From the NCBI GenBank assembly GCA_963836185.1, contig CAWIIQ010000001.1, forward strand, positions 640,001-704,000: 64,000 bases of DNA. The letters are read 5' to 3'. The notes beneath the pieces were generated by a model, which did no database searches, had not been told where the DNA came from, and saw only the letters and a list, made by a program, of their open reading frames with translations. Origin of the DNA: Candidatus Krumholzibacteriia bacterium (GTDB lineage: Bacteria > Krumholzibacteriota > Krumholzibacteriia > Krumholzibacteriales > Krumholzibacteriaceae). Positions within the stretch are counted from its first letter, which is position 1. Every line of letters starts with the position of its first letter. The translations under genes were made by a program, and so were the position numbers. This document shows positions 9,140 to 18,981 of the stretch, piece after piece.

Positions 9140-11005
9140 ATGAGCGGACGTATCGCGAAGATGTACAGGCAGAAGCTCCGTGAGATAGACGATATCCTGA
9201 AACTGATCAAGGCGGGGAGCAGGATCTTCATCGGCTCGGGCGCCGCCGAGCCTCAGCTCCTCATCAAGATGTTGATCGAGAAGGGCAGCCATATAGCGGA
9301 CCACGAGACTATCAACCTCATCGAACTCGGCACCACTCCCTACACGGAGGCGGTGATGAGCCGCCCCTTCAAGCAGAACGCCTTCTTCATAGGACAGAAC
9401 GTCCGCGACGCGGTCAACGAGGGGCGCGCCGAGTACACTCCGATATTCCTCTCCGAGCTGCCCGACCACATAAGGAGCGGCCAGCTCAAGATCGATGTGG
9501 CCTTCATACAGGTGGCACCTCCCGACAGGTACGGGTACTGTTCGCTCGGGGTCTCGGTCGACGTCGTCAAGGCCGGTGCCGAGGCGGCCAAGCTGGTCAT
9601 AGCCGAGGTCAACAAGCAGATGCCCCGCACGCTCGGCGACAGTTTTATCCATATCAATGACATCGACTATGTCGTCGAGAGCGACCTGCCCCTTATCGAA
9701 TGGTCGCCGCCGGAGCCGGACGAGGTGGCGATGAGTATCGGTCAGAACGTGGCGAAGCTGATCGGGGACGGCGCGACGATACAGGCCGGTATCGGGATGA
9801 TACCGAACGCGATCCTCTCCTTCCTGACCGACAAGAACGACCTCGGCATCCATTCCGAGATGTTCTCGGACGGGATAATCGACCTCGTTGAGACGGGCGT
9901 CATCACGAACAGGAAAAAGACGCTTCATAACGGCAAGATAGTCGCCACATTCTGCATGGGTACGCAGAGGCTATACGATTTCGTCCATGACAATCCGCTT
10001 ATCGAGTTCCACCCGTGCGACTACACGAACGATCCGTTTATAATCGCGCAGAACGAGAAGATGATATCGATAAATGCCGCCATCCAGGTCGATCTTACCG
10101 GCCAGGTATGCGCCGACTCTATCGGCGAGTACTTCTACTCGGGTATCGGCGGACAGGTCGATTTCGTCCGCGGCGCGGCACGCTCGAAGGGGGGCAAGCC
10201 GGTCATCGTCATCCCGTCGACGGCGAAGGACGGGACCGTCTCGAGGATAGTCCCCTTCCTCGACCAGGGGGCAGGAGTGGTCACGTCGCGCGGCGACGTC
10301 CACTACGTTGCGACCGAGTTTGGTATGGTCAACCTCCATGGGAAGAACCTCCGCGAGAGGGCGCTGGCGCTTATCGACATCGCCCACCCCGATTTCAGGA
10401 ACGAGCTGATCGACTACGCGAGGCAGAGGCACCTCGTCCACATGGACCAGATGCCGATGACTTCGGGGAAGTACTACCCGGTCGAGATCGAGGAGACGGC
10501 CCTGTTCGGAGATGTCGAGGTCTTCTTCAGGCCGGTCAAGCCCTCCGATGAGGACCTCGAGAGGGAGTTCTTCTACAGCCTCAGCGATGAGTCGGTCTAC
10601 TACCGGTTCTTCAACATCGTCAAGGCGATGCCGCACGAGAAACTGCAGCCGCTCGTCAACATCGACTACCGCACCGAGATGGCGATAGCTGGATTCATCG
10701 GCGAGCCGGGCGAGGAGGAGATGGTCGCCATCGGGCGGTACAAGACCGACCCGGCAGACAATCTAGCCGAGATCGCTTTTCTCGTCCGCGACGACTGGCA
10801 GCAGAGAGGAATAGGGACGCACCTCTTCAACAAGCTTACCGATCACGCGATCAAGCGCGGGCTGAACGGGTTCAAAGCCGAGGTGCTCGCGCAGAACAAG
10901 AAGATGATGTATGTCTTCCACAAGAGCAGGTTCCCCGTAAAGACGAAGCTCGAGGATGGAGCCTACTATCTCGAGATCATGTTCTCGGCCGGGGAGAAGA
11001 AATGA
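9140..11005 (+). CDS. acetyl-CoA hydrolase/4-hydroxybutyrate CoA-transferase family fused to C-terminal GNAT acyltransferase
   Basis: GIHSEMFSDG (catalytic Glu), SGIGGQVDF, TEFG; C-terminal EIAFLVRDDWQQRGIG acyl-CoA binding motif. Confidence 0.9.
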   Translation: MSGRIAKMYRQKLREIDDILKLIKAGSRIFIGSGAAEPQLLIKMLIEKGSHIADHETINLIELGTTPYTEAVMSRPFKQNAFFIGQNVRDAVNEGRAEYTPIFLSELPDHIRSGQLKIDVAFIQVAPPDRYGYCSLGVSVDVVKAGAEAAKLVIAEVNKQMPRTLGDSFIHINDIDYVVESDLPLIEWSPPEPDEVAMSIGQNVAKLIGDGATIQAGIGMIPNAILSFLTDKNDLGIHSEMFSDGIIDLVETGVITNRKKTLHNGKIVATFCMGTQRLYDFVHDNPLIEFHPCDYTNDPFIIAQNEKMISINAAIQVDLTGQVCADSIGEYFYSGIGGQVDFVRGAARSKGGKPVIVIPSTAKDGTVSRIVPFLDQGAGVVTSRGDVHYVATEFGMVNLHGKNLRERALALIDIAHPDFRNELIDYARQRHLVHMDQMPMTSGKYYPVEIEETALFGDVEVFFRPVKPSDEDLEREFFYSLSDESVYYRFFNIVKAMPHEKLQPLVNIDYRTEMAIAGFIGEPGEEEMVAIGRYKTDPADNLAEIAFLVRDDWQQRGIGTHLFNKLTDHAIKRGLNGFKAEVLAQNKKMMYVFHKSRFPVKTKLEDGAYYLEIMFSAGEKK

Positions 11006-12171
11006 GCGACGCGGTATTCGTATATTCGCCGGCACTCGCCGGATTCGAACTCTCCCCCGATCACCCGTTCAAGCCTGAGCGGGCGAGGCTCACATACGAT
11101 ATGTGCGCCGGCCGCGGCCTTCTCACCGGTGACGGCGTGCGAGTCGAAGAGTTCGCCGAACCGGAAGAGGGCCTGCTCGAAAGCTGGCACACCGCGGAAT
11201 ATATCTCCCTTCTCGAAAGAGCGGAGAGCGGGCGTGAGGTAGATGTCGAGATGCTTTACCACGGCCTCGGCACAGCCGAGAACCCCGTTTTCAAGGGAGT
11301 CCATACATACTCGAAGCTTGCCGCGACAGCGAGCGTCATCGCGGCGAGGGCCGCGGCGGCCGGAGGGTCGGCTTTCAATCCCTGCGGCGGATTCCATCAC
11401 GCGCACCGTGACAGGGCGTCGGGCTTCTGTTATGTGAACGACGCCGTGATCGCTGTTCTAGAGCTGAGAAAGAAGGGCCTGAGAGTGGCCTATGTCGATA
11501 TCGACGCTCACCATGGCGACGGCGTGCAGGAAGCTTTCTACGACGACCCGGAAGTCCTTGCCATCTCTGTCCATGAGTCGGGCAGGACCCTTTTCCCGTG
11601 GGGCGGGTTTGAGAAGGAGACGGGGGCGGGCGGGGCGAAAGGGTATAATATTAATGTCCCGCTCGAGCCGGAGACGGACGACAACACCTTCCTGTTCCTT
11701 TTCTCCGAGATAGTGATGGACGCTCTGGGCCTCTTCGAGCCCGAGGTCATCGTGGGAATATTCGGGACAGACACTTTCGCCACCGATCCGCTGACCCACC
11801 TGAAGATGACGAACAACGGATATATCGACGCGGTCGCAATGCTCCGCTCGCGCTTTCCGAGGATCGCCGCTCTCGGCGGCGGAGGGTACAACATGGAAAA
11901 CGCGGTCCGCGGCTGGACCCTTCTCTTCGCGGAGCTTGCCGGGAGGGATATCGAGGGAGGGTACGGAGGCGCTCTCGGCGGCGTCCTGCTCGGCGATCCG
12001 TCGATAGTCGGTTCCGACCTCAGGGACATGCATGTCTACACATCGGGAAAGGCGCTGGATGTGATCAGGGAGCGCTCCGAAGCGCTCATCGGGTGGTATC
12101 GCGGACGAAATCCGGCCGATTCTCGGCTGAAAATAGCGTTAAATCAGCACTTCCGGGCCGAAAGTGTTTGA
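11002..12171 (+). CDS. acuC: Zn-dependent histone-deacetylase-family deacylase (AcuC-like)
   Basis: HPFKPER, GGFHHA, GFCYVND, DIDAHHGDG, DPL, GGGGY; ATGA overlap with upstream gene. Confidence 0.88.
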   Translation: MSDAVFVYSPALAGFELSPDHPFKPERARLTYDMCAGRGLLTGDGVRVEEFAEPEEGLLESWHTAEYISLLERAESGREVDVEMLYHGLGTAENPVFKGVHTYSKLAATASVIAARAAAAGGSAFNPCGGFHHAHRDRASGFCYVNDAVIAVLELRKKGLRVAYVDIDAHHGDGVQEAFYDDPEVLAISVHESGRTLFPWGGFEKETGAGGAKGYNINVPLEPETDDNTFLFLFSEIVMDALGLFEPEVIVGIFGTDTFATDPLTHLKMTNNGYIDAVAMLRSRFPRIAALGGGGYNMENAVRGWTLLFAELAGRDIEGGYGGALGGVLLGDPSIVGSDLRDMHVYTSGKALDVIRERSEALIGWYRGRNPADSRLKIALNQHFRAESV

Positions 12172-12259
12172 AAGCGTACCGGCCATTTTATAACTTTACT
12201 CCGCCCGGCGCGGGGACCTGCGCCAGATATCCGGATCACCGCTGTAAGGAGCGGAGAAG

Positions 12260-13732
12260 ATGTACGAACGTTATCTCAGCATAGTCGAGGCAGAACTCGG
12301 ATCTCTCATCGACGCGATAGGAGACGCGAAGGGCCCCGAGGAAATCTCGAAAAAGGTCTTCGAGGCCTCGGAGACGGTCCATTACGGCCGTATCGGGAGT
12401 GACGATGAACTCCGCAGGCTCATGTACGAAGTCATCCGTCTGGCCAAGCCCCCTGTTCTCTCCAGGGCGTGGGAGGAGGCATGGGGCAATCTTTTCTCCC
12501 TGCTGATCGAGTATTCACTCGCCTCGGGCGATGGCCCGGGCCTGGTGATCTCTCTTCTCTACGGCGAGGAAAAGATGCCCGACGTATCGGCCGAGACGAT
12601 ACTCTGCATCAATCCCGGATCGACCTCGACGAAGGTGGCCCTGTACAACGGGCTTAACCTCCGTGCTTCCGACGAGGTCCACCTGCCTCCCGATTTCAAG
12701 GACGGCATCGATGCGAGAGCAGGAGCGATAGCCCAGTGGCTCGAGAAGCTCGGGCTCGAGCAGGGGCAGCTGACGGGGATCGCATGCAGGGGCGGTTTCG
12801 TCGAACCCGTTCCGACCGGCACCTACGAGGTCGTCAAGGAGATGGTCGACGACCTCTCCGAACCGAGGATCGAGCATGCGTCTAATATGGCGATTCCGAT
12901 CGGGCTGGCGCTGAGGGAGAAGTTCTCGGGAGGCCGGGAGATCCTCGTTACGATGTCCGATCCGGTCGCCAGCGACGAGATGGCGACTACGGCGAGGCTT
13001 ACCGGTATCCAGAAACTGCTCAGGGACGGTTCCGGTGCTCATTATCTCAACCAGAACGCCGTGCATGATCTCGCTTCCGCCGTACTCGGCAAGAGGCGCG
13101 ATGAGCTCGTCACCATCGGCGCGCATCTCGGGGGCGGGGTATCTATCGTCCGGCACAGCGACGGGAAGGTCGACGACCTGGTGAATGCTTTTGCCGGTGT
13201 TCCCAGCGCGAACCGCTCGGGAAGCATGACCCTCGACATCATCTTCCGGGCGATCGAGGAAAACAGGATCAGCCTCGCCGAACTGCGCAGCTACCTCTTC
13301 AAGACGGGCGGGATGATAGACCTTACAGGCACTAACGATTTCAGGGCGCTTCTGCATTTCCGCGATTCAGGAGCGGTCGGCAGGCAGCGCGAGAAGATAG
13401 AGCATGTGATCGATTTCATGGCGACATCGATAGCCGGAGCGGTGATGAAACTCGCCGCCGTAGAAGGCGCGATCGACCTCGTCATCCTTACCGGCGGGCT
13501 CTCGAGAAGCGGCGAGTTCACCGGACGCATCAAGCGGAAGATATTCCCATATTTCCCCGTCGTTATAATCCCCGGTTCGATCGAGCACGAGGCGATGGTC
13601 GCGGGGCATTACCGCGCGGTGCATGTTCCCGGGATGATGAAGGATTACGTGACCGAAAGAGACGCCTCAGAAAGAAGAGGCTGGATGAGAAGGAGATGCT
13701 CACGACCGAGATCTTCGCGCATCCGCACCTGA
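12260..13732 (+). CDS. buk: butyrate kinase-like domain with ~110-aa N-terminal extension (probably N-part of a Buk-Ptb fusion)
   Basis: INPGSTSTK, RGG, HASN, DPVASDE, AHLGGGVS, LTGGL; last ~20 residues look off-frame. Confidence 0.8.
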   Translation: MYERYLSIVEAELGSLIDAIGDAKGPEEISKKVFEASETVHYGRIGSDDELRRLMYEVIRLAKPPVLSRAWEEAWGNLFSLLIEYSLASGDGPGLVISLLYGEEKMPDVSAETILCINPGSTSTKVALYNGLNLRASDEVHLPPDFKDGIDARAGAIAQWLEKLGLEQGQLTGIACRGGFVEPVPTGTYEVVKEMVDDLSEPRIEHASNMAIPIGLALREKFSGGREILVTMSDPVASDEMATTARLTGIQKLLRDGSGAHYLNQNAVHDLASAVLGKRRDELVTIGAHLGGGVSIVRHSDGKVDDLVNAFAGVPSANRSGSMTLDIIFRAIEENRISLAELRSYLFKTGGMIDLTGTNDFRALLHFRDSGAVGRQREKIEHVIDFMATSIAGAVMKLAAVEGAIDLVILTGGLSRSGEFTGRIKRKIFPYFPVVIIPGSIEHEAMVAGHYRAVHVPGMMKDYVTERDASERRGWMRRRCSRPRSSRIRT

Positions 13733-14691
13733 GGCGCCGCGAGAACGTTCCCGTTACGAGCCTCGATGAGCTGATGTATGTCGCCCGCGCGATGGTCGCG
13801 AAAAAGAAGGCCCCGAAGATAGCCATCGTCGGCGCTGAGAACGAGGATGCCCTGATCGCGGCGAAACAGGCCAACGAGGAGGGCCGGTTCCCGATCGCGA
13901 AGTTCCTCCTCGTCGGCGATTACTACGAGGTCAACAAGCTCGCCTGGGAGTACGACATCAAGGTCGACGGCGACAACTACACGATCGTCGATTCGGACGA
14001 TCCTGTCGCGAGGGCGGTCGAGCTTCTCGACTCGGGTGAGGCCGATTTCCTGATGAAGGGTGCCGTCAAGACAGCGGAGATCATGGGCGGGACGCTGAAA
14101 TATCTCAAGGGCAGCGGCAGGATGAAGAAAGGCTCGATCTACAGTCATGTCGGGTTCTTCCAGATTCCCACCTACCCGAAGCTCCTCGCCGTTACCGACG
14201 CCGCGCTGATACCGAATCCTACCAGCAAGCTCAGGCACAAGATCCTCCAGAACGCGCTGACCGTCTGTGGCTATCTCAATATCGAGAAGCCGAGGGTCGC
14301 CGTCATCTCCGCGGTCGAGACTGTGACGCCGAGCGTCGAATCCTCGACCGAGGCCCACGAATTCGCCTCCGAATACGCGGACCGCGAGGATGTCATCGTC
14401 GAAGGCCCTCTGTCGCTCGATGTCGCGATGGATCCCCATTCGGCAAGAGAGAAGCATTACTCCGGGAAGATCAAGGGGAACGCCGATATCCTTCTGATGC
14501 CTGACATCGAGGCGGGAAACGTCGTCTACAAATCACTTACCGTATCCTCAGGCGCTTACCTTGCCGGCGTCATCATGGGGGCGGGGGTGCCGATAGTCCT
14601 GACATCAAGAGGCGATTCGTCGCGCTCCAAGCTTGCTTCGATCGCTCTGGCCTGTATTGTCGCTATGAAGCAGTCGGATGACGGGGAGTAG
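13696..14691 (+). CDS. ptb: phosphate butyryl/acetyltransferase domain (probably C-part of Buk-Ptb fusion)
   Basis: LMKG, VEGPLSLDVA, PDIEAGN, LTSRGDS motifs. Confidence 0.88.
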   Translation: MLTTEIFAHPHLRRRENVPVTSLDELMYVARAMVAKKKAPKIAIVGAENEDALIAAKQANEEGRFPIAKFLLVGDYYEVNKLAWEYDIKVDGDNYTIVDSDDPVARAVELLDSGEADFLMKGAVKTAEIMGGTLKYLKGSGRMKKGSIYSHVGFFQIPTYPKLLAVTDAALIPNPTSKLRHKILQNALTVCGYLNIEKPRVAVISAVETVTPSVESSTEAHEFASEYADREDVIVEGPLSLDVAMDPHSAREKHYSGKIKGNADILLMPDIEAGNVVYKSLTVSSGAYLAGVIMGAGVPIVLTSRGDSSRSKLASIALACIVAMKQSDDGE

Positions 14692-14700
14692 ACGAAACGG

Positions 14701-16306
14701 TCAGAATACATACCTCAGGTCGATGAAGTAGCCGGTGATGTTCTCCGGGACGATATCACTTCCAGTATACATGTCGAGAAAGAGCTTTTCCCTGTATCTC
14801 AGCGAGAAACCGAGCGACGCGTAATAGCTGCTGGTGAATCCGTTGTTTTCCGTTTCGATCTCCTGCGGGGCGAGCGGATCGTCAGACTGTCCGTAATCCA
14901 TCAGGAAAGTGTTTGTCCGCACGCTGCGGTTCCATGTAAAGGTCATGCCGAATCCCGAGTAGAGGTGAAAGAATGATGCGGGCCTGAACTCGATCGCGAT
15001 CGGCAGCACAAGCTCGGTCCGCGAATCGGTCCTCTCGAACGAGAGGGGAAAGCGGGTCTCGAACGATGCGGAAGTGCCGTCCTCGAGCATGTACGAATCG
15101 ATGCCGGCTTCGCCGCTCTCTTCGAATTTTTCCCTCCAGTAGTTGATATGGGCGCCAGGCGTGATGTCGAGCCTTGTCTCGATGGCGACGGTCCTGCCCA
15201 TCCTGAATACCGCCTCGGACCTCGACCGGGTGCCCTCGCCGGGGTACCAGGACGAATCCTTTATCTGCAGGTCTTCATAATCGCCCCACGTGTACTGTGT
15301 ATAGAGGTTCTGCCAGTCGCATTCGTAGCTGCCCCTTTCGTACCCGCCCGCGGCGAGGATGACGATACCGCTGGTGGTTTTCTTTTTCACGAAGGCGGAG
15401 AGCTGCCAGGAATCACCCATACGGTCCTCGCGGAATTCCCACAGCCTGTAGGAGTACTGGTCTATCTCGTGGGTATAGTCGTCATACCTGCTCTCGACGG
15501 AAAGGTCGTAGTCGTCCGTCACTGCGCTGCCCTCGGCGTATCCTCCCCGGAAAGCGAGCTCTCCCGCTTCCTCCCAGGTGAGCCCGGCCTCGAGATACCC
15601 GGTGAAGAGCTTCTTCGCATTGCTGTAGAGCTCATCCGTCGATCTGTCGCGGTAGATATTGATACTCCCCGGAATCGGTGTCGAATTCGTACCCTTCCCA
15701 GGCATACCTGTATCGTCTCTTGTAGTCGTAGTAACTGTAGGTGCCCCCGGCCCGGATCCCGAGGACCATGCGGTCCCCGATCTTTCCGGCCGAGGCAATA
15801 TCGAGCCGGAAGAAATTATCGTCGCTGATCATGCAGTCCTCACGCAGCTCGACGCCGAAACTCCCGCTGTAGTCCCTGTTGACCGGATTGGTACCGGACT
15901 GATTGCAATTATCGTTGTGGTGAAGGCCCCACTCCGTGTCGATGGCCCATTTCAGCCCCCAGGCGCTGATACCGTAGATCCTGATCTCGTTCGTCATCTT
16001 CGAGTACGTGTTGTAAAAATCCGGATCAAGGTCTTCACCGGCCATCGGAAATGTAAGGGACCGGCCGGGACTGCTCCTGTAACCGTAGTTGATCGTAAGC
16101 GATTCCGTGTCCCAGGCGCGGGCGGGATTCAGTGTGAGGTCGGTAAGGCCGTCGGGGATCACCCCGGTGAAGTTTTGGCCCAGGGCGTAGATCCTCGACG
16201 AGATATTACCCCTTCTGAAGGCCGATTGCGCCTGAGTGCGCGTTGACGGGAGGATGGAAATGGCCGTGAACAGCACGGCCGCGGCTAAATATCGGGAGGA
16301 TCTCAT
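14701..16306 (-). CDS. exported protein, probable outer-membrane beta-barrel, split by one frameshift near 15667
   Basis: Signal peptide MRSSRYLAAAVLFTAISILPSTRTQA; ORFs 15632-16306 and 14701-15798 join in a G-run; ends YFIDLRYVF (terminal Phe). Confidence 0.6.
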
Positions 16307-16614
16307 CTACCCCTCATTGTTGTTACGCTTCTTGCTCGGAGTTGGAAAGATACCCCATCGGTCCTGCCCATTCCAGCGGAAAAGGGCCGGCTTTCAGGCG
16401 CGCCTGGATCTGGGGATGACATAAATCGTTGATATATGTGAAGATATTTGATAAAATAGGCAACTGTGAATCGAAGGCCCAAAGGGTCCGCCTCTAACCT
16501 CGTATAAGCCGGTTCCGTAAAGGAGGTGCAGCGGAACTGCCCGGAAAAATCTCAGATTGTCGCTGAAGCGGTTCAATTGATCAGGACGATAATTAAGGAC
16601 AGGGAGATCGAAGG

Positions 16615-18852
16615 ATGAGAACGAGATTATTGCTGCTGTTTCTCGCCGTTATACTTGTGGCGGCTGTTTCGTCGGAAGCGTTCGCGCAGCGACCGACACC
16701 CGCCCCGAAAAAATACACCGTGTTTCCCACGGTCCCGACCGAGTTCGGATACGTGGGGCCTCCTCATGACCTGAGCCATATCCAGCCCTACGAGGTTCCA
16801 GGCGATATGCTGTTCGCGCCGGCCGCCTCGTGGGACTGGCGGACGATGAGCGGAGTGACGCCGGTAAAGAACCAGAACCCGTACGGGACATGCTGGGCTT
16901 TCGCCGCTCTCGGAGACCTCGAATCGAAGGTCCTTCTGAAAGAGAGCGTTGTCTACGACTACTCCGAACTGAACATCCAGGCATGTAACGTCACGTCGAA
17001 CGACTGCAACGCAGGCGGTAACGCGTGGATGTCGACCAACTATCTCGCTCTGCTCGGCTCGGTCGACGAGTCGTGCGACACATATCCAGGCGGGTGCCCG
17101 GCGCCGACCTGTATCAATCCTGCCTGCTCCTATCTCAAGCAGGTCACCGAGTGGAAGGTCATACCAAACGACGTCGACGCGATCAAGGCCGCGCTCCAGA
17201 CATACGGCCCTGTCTACACATCGATGTACGCCTCCTTCCCCGGATTCAGCACGTACAACGGCACCGGCTGCCTGAGCTACGCAGGCGGAGAGCAGACGAA
17301 CCACGGCGTGCTGATCGTCGGATGGGATGACGACCTCTGCGGCGCAGGAGTCGGCGGCTGGATCGTCAAGAACTCCTGGGGAACCTCATGGGGAGACAAC
17401 GGGTTCTTCAACATCGAATGGGGAACCGGCCTGGACGGACAGATAGGCGCCAACACGAATGTGATCACAAAGTTCAAGAACTACGATCCGAACAGGACCA
17501 CATACTACCACGATGACATGGGATGGTGGGGGTCTATCGGTTACGGCGACGGTCATGACTATGCCGTCGTCGAGATAACTCCCCAGATCACCGGCGAGTA
17601 TATTTACTCGCTCCATTTCTGGGCGACTGGCGGACCCACGACATACAGCCTCTCGCTGTACGACGATTTCAATGGATCGAGCGCGCCCACCACGCTTCTC
17701 GCCGGCCCCTTCTCCGGGACGGTCAACGAGGCGGGGTATTACACGATAGACCTTCCGACGCCCATTATGGTCACGTCCGGTGATCCGGTATATATCCATG
17801 CCGACCTCAACACTGGATCATATGCCTACCCGATCCCTTACGACGATACCGGCCCGATGGAGACGGACAAGAGTTTCCTCAGCAATACGGGCACTACGTT
17901 CTCCGCTCTCGACATGGGTAACTTCGAATATGGCGATATCGGCCTGCGTGCCACTCTCGGCCCGGAGCTGGTAGTCGGAGAGGTCATCATGGACGGTGAC
18001 CCCGGATTCTTCTACGGGTTCGGCCCCGATGCCACGATGATCAAGGGTGAGACCGCATGCTTCGGTCTCGCTCCTACGAACTTCGGCTTCCTCGCCGGCT
18101 CACTTTGCCCCGATCCGGACACATTCTGCGTCGTCCTTTCCGATGAGCTCGGCTGGACGATGACGAATCCCTGGATGGAAGAAGGGCCGGGACCGTTCAC
18201 ACTCGGCGCTGGCAACTACTGGCCGGATGAGACCTGTATAACGGTTCCCTGCTCGGTCACCGTCGGTACGACCAACATGGTCATCGCCATCCAGTGTTTC
18301 AGCGATGTGAACGGCGTATGCGCGCCTGAGGCCGGTGACTGCGAGGACAGCTACTACAGTGGCACACTTCGCCACTACATCGACACCCTGATGATCGAGA
18401 TCGTGGAGTCGCCACCAGCGCTGTCCATCCTTCAGGATACGCTGTACTTCATCGAGCAGGGCGTGACCGCCGGGTACATACCGTTTTCCATCTGCAACGG
18501 CGACCCGTGCGCTCCGCCGACCGATTATAACTACACGATCACGAGCCTCGGCCTCGTAGGCCCGGCGCTTGCCATGTCTGAGACGATCGTAGGCGTTACC
18601 GGCGGAACATGCGGGGACGTTTACGGTATCGTCAATGCGGGCGCTGCCGAAGTCTGCGATTACGACACCCTGACGATCATAGCATGGGATGCCGGCACCG
18701 GCACCGTATACGATACCTGCGTTCAGGCGATCCACGTGGTCGAGCCGGTTCCCGTACCGGTCTTCTCCGCGCCTGTCGTGACGCTGCTCGTGCTTGCCAT
18801 GATCACAGCGGCCGCGATAGTGATGAAGAGAGTTTCGGCCGGCAGATCCTGA
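16615..18852 (+). CDS. secreted papain-family (C1A) cysteine protease with Cys-rich C-terminal region and membrane-anchor/sorting tail
   Basis: WDWR, QNPYGTCWAF (Cys), NHGVLIVGW (His), IVKNSWG (Asn); tail VPVPVFS-TM-KR. Confidence 0.9.
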   Translation: MRTRLLLLFLAVILVAAVSSEAFAQRPTPAPKKYTVFPTVPTEFGYVGPPHDLSHIQPYEVPGDMLFAPAASWDWRTMSGVTPVKNQNPYGTCWAFAALGDLESKVLLKESVVYDYSELNIQACNVTSNDCNAGGNAWMSTNYLALLGSVDESCDTYPGGCPAPTCINPACSYLKQVTEWKVIPNDVDAIKAALQTYGPVYTSMYASFPGFSTYNGTGCLSYAGGEQTNHGVLIVGWDDDLCGAGVGGWIVKNSWGTSWGDNGFFNIEWGTGLDGQIGANTNVITKFKNYDPNRTTYYHDDMGWWGSIGYGDGHDYAVVEITPQITGEYIYSLHFWATGGPTTYSLSLYDDFNGSSAPTTLLAGPFSGTVNEAGYYTIDLPTPIMVTSGDPVYIHADLNTGSYAYPIPYDDTGPMETDKSFLSNTGTTFSALDMGNFEYGDIGLRATLGPELVVGEVIMDGDPGFFYGFGPDATMIKGETACFGLAPTNFGFLAGSLCPDPDTFCVVLSDELGWTMTNPWMEEGPGPFTLGAGNYWPDETCITVPCSVTVGTTNMVIAIQCFSDVNGVCAPEAGDCEDSYYSGTLRHYIDTLMIEIVESPPALSILQDTLYFIEQGVTAGYIPFSICNGDPCAPPTDYNYTITSLGLVGPALAMSETIVGVTGGTCGDVYGIVNAGAAEVCDYDTLTIIAWDAGTGTVYDTCVQAIHVVEPVPVPVFSAPVVTLLVLAMITAAAIVMKRVSAGRS

Positions 18853-18878
18853 TGACCGGCACTTGACAGACCGACTCG

Positions 18879-18911
18879 AAGGGCGCGGAGCATCTGCTTC
18901 GCGCCCTTTTT
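18879..18911 (+). terminator. intrinsic terminator of protease gene
   Basis: GGGCGCGGAGC-ATCT-GCTTCGCGCCC followed by TTTTT. Confidence 0.8.
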
Positions 18912-18981
18912 GTCACCGGCCCCGTTGCATGCTTATCAAGAACGCGCCTTTCTGCTAGAATCTCCAGGAGGAGGGATACAT

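Noticed and set aside
13655-13700. Programmed ribosomal frameshift between buk and ptb
   Set aside because: No clear slippery heptamer or stimulator, and the window has many similar indels
16466-16510. GTGAATC and CTAACCTCGTA recall a c-di-AMP riboswitch
   Set aside because: The 5' GCTGAATCC/GGGG elements and helices are absent
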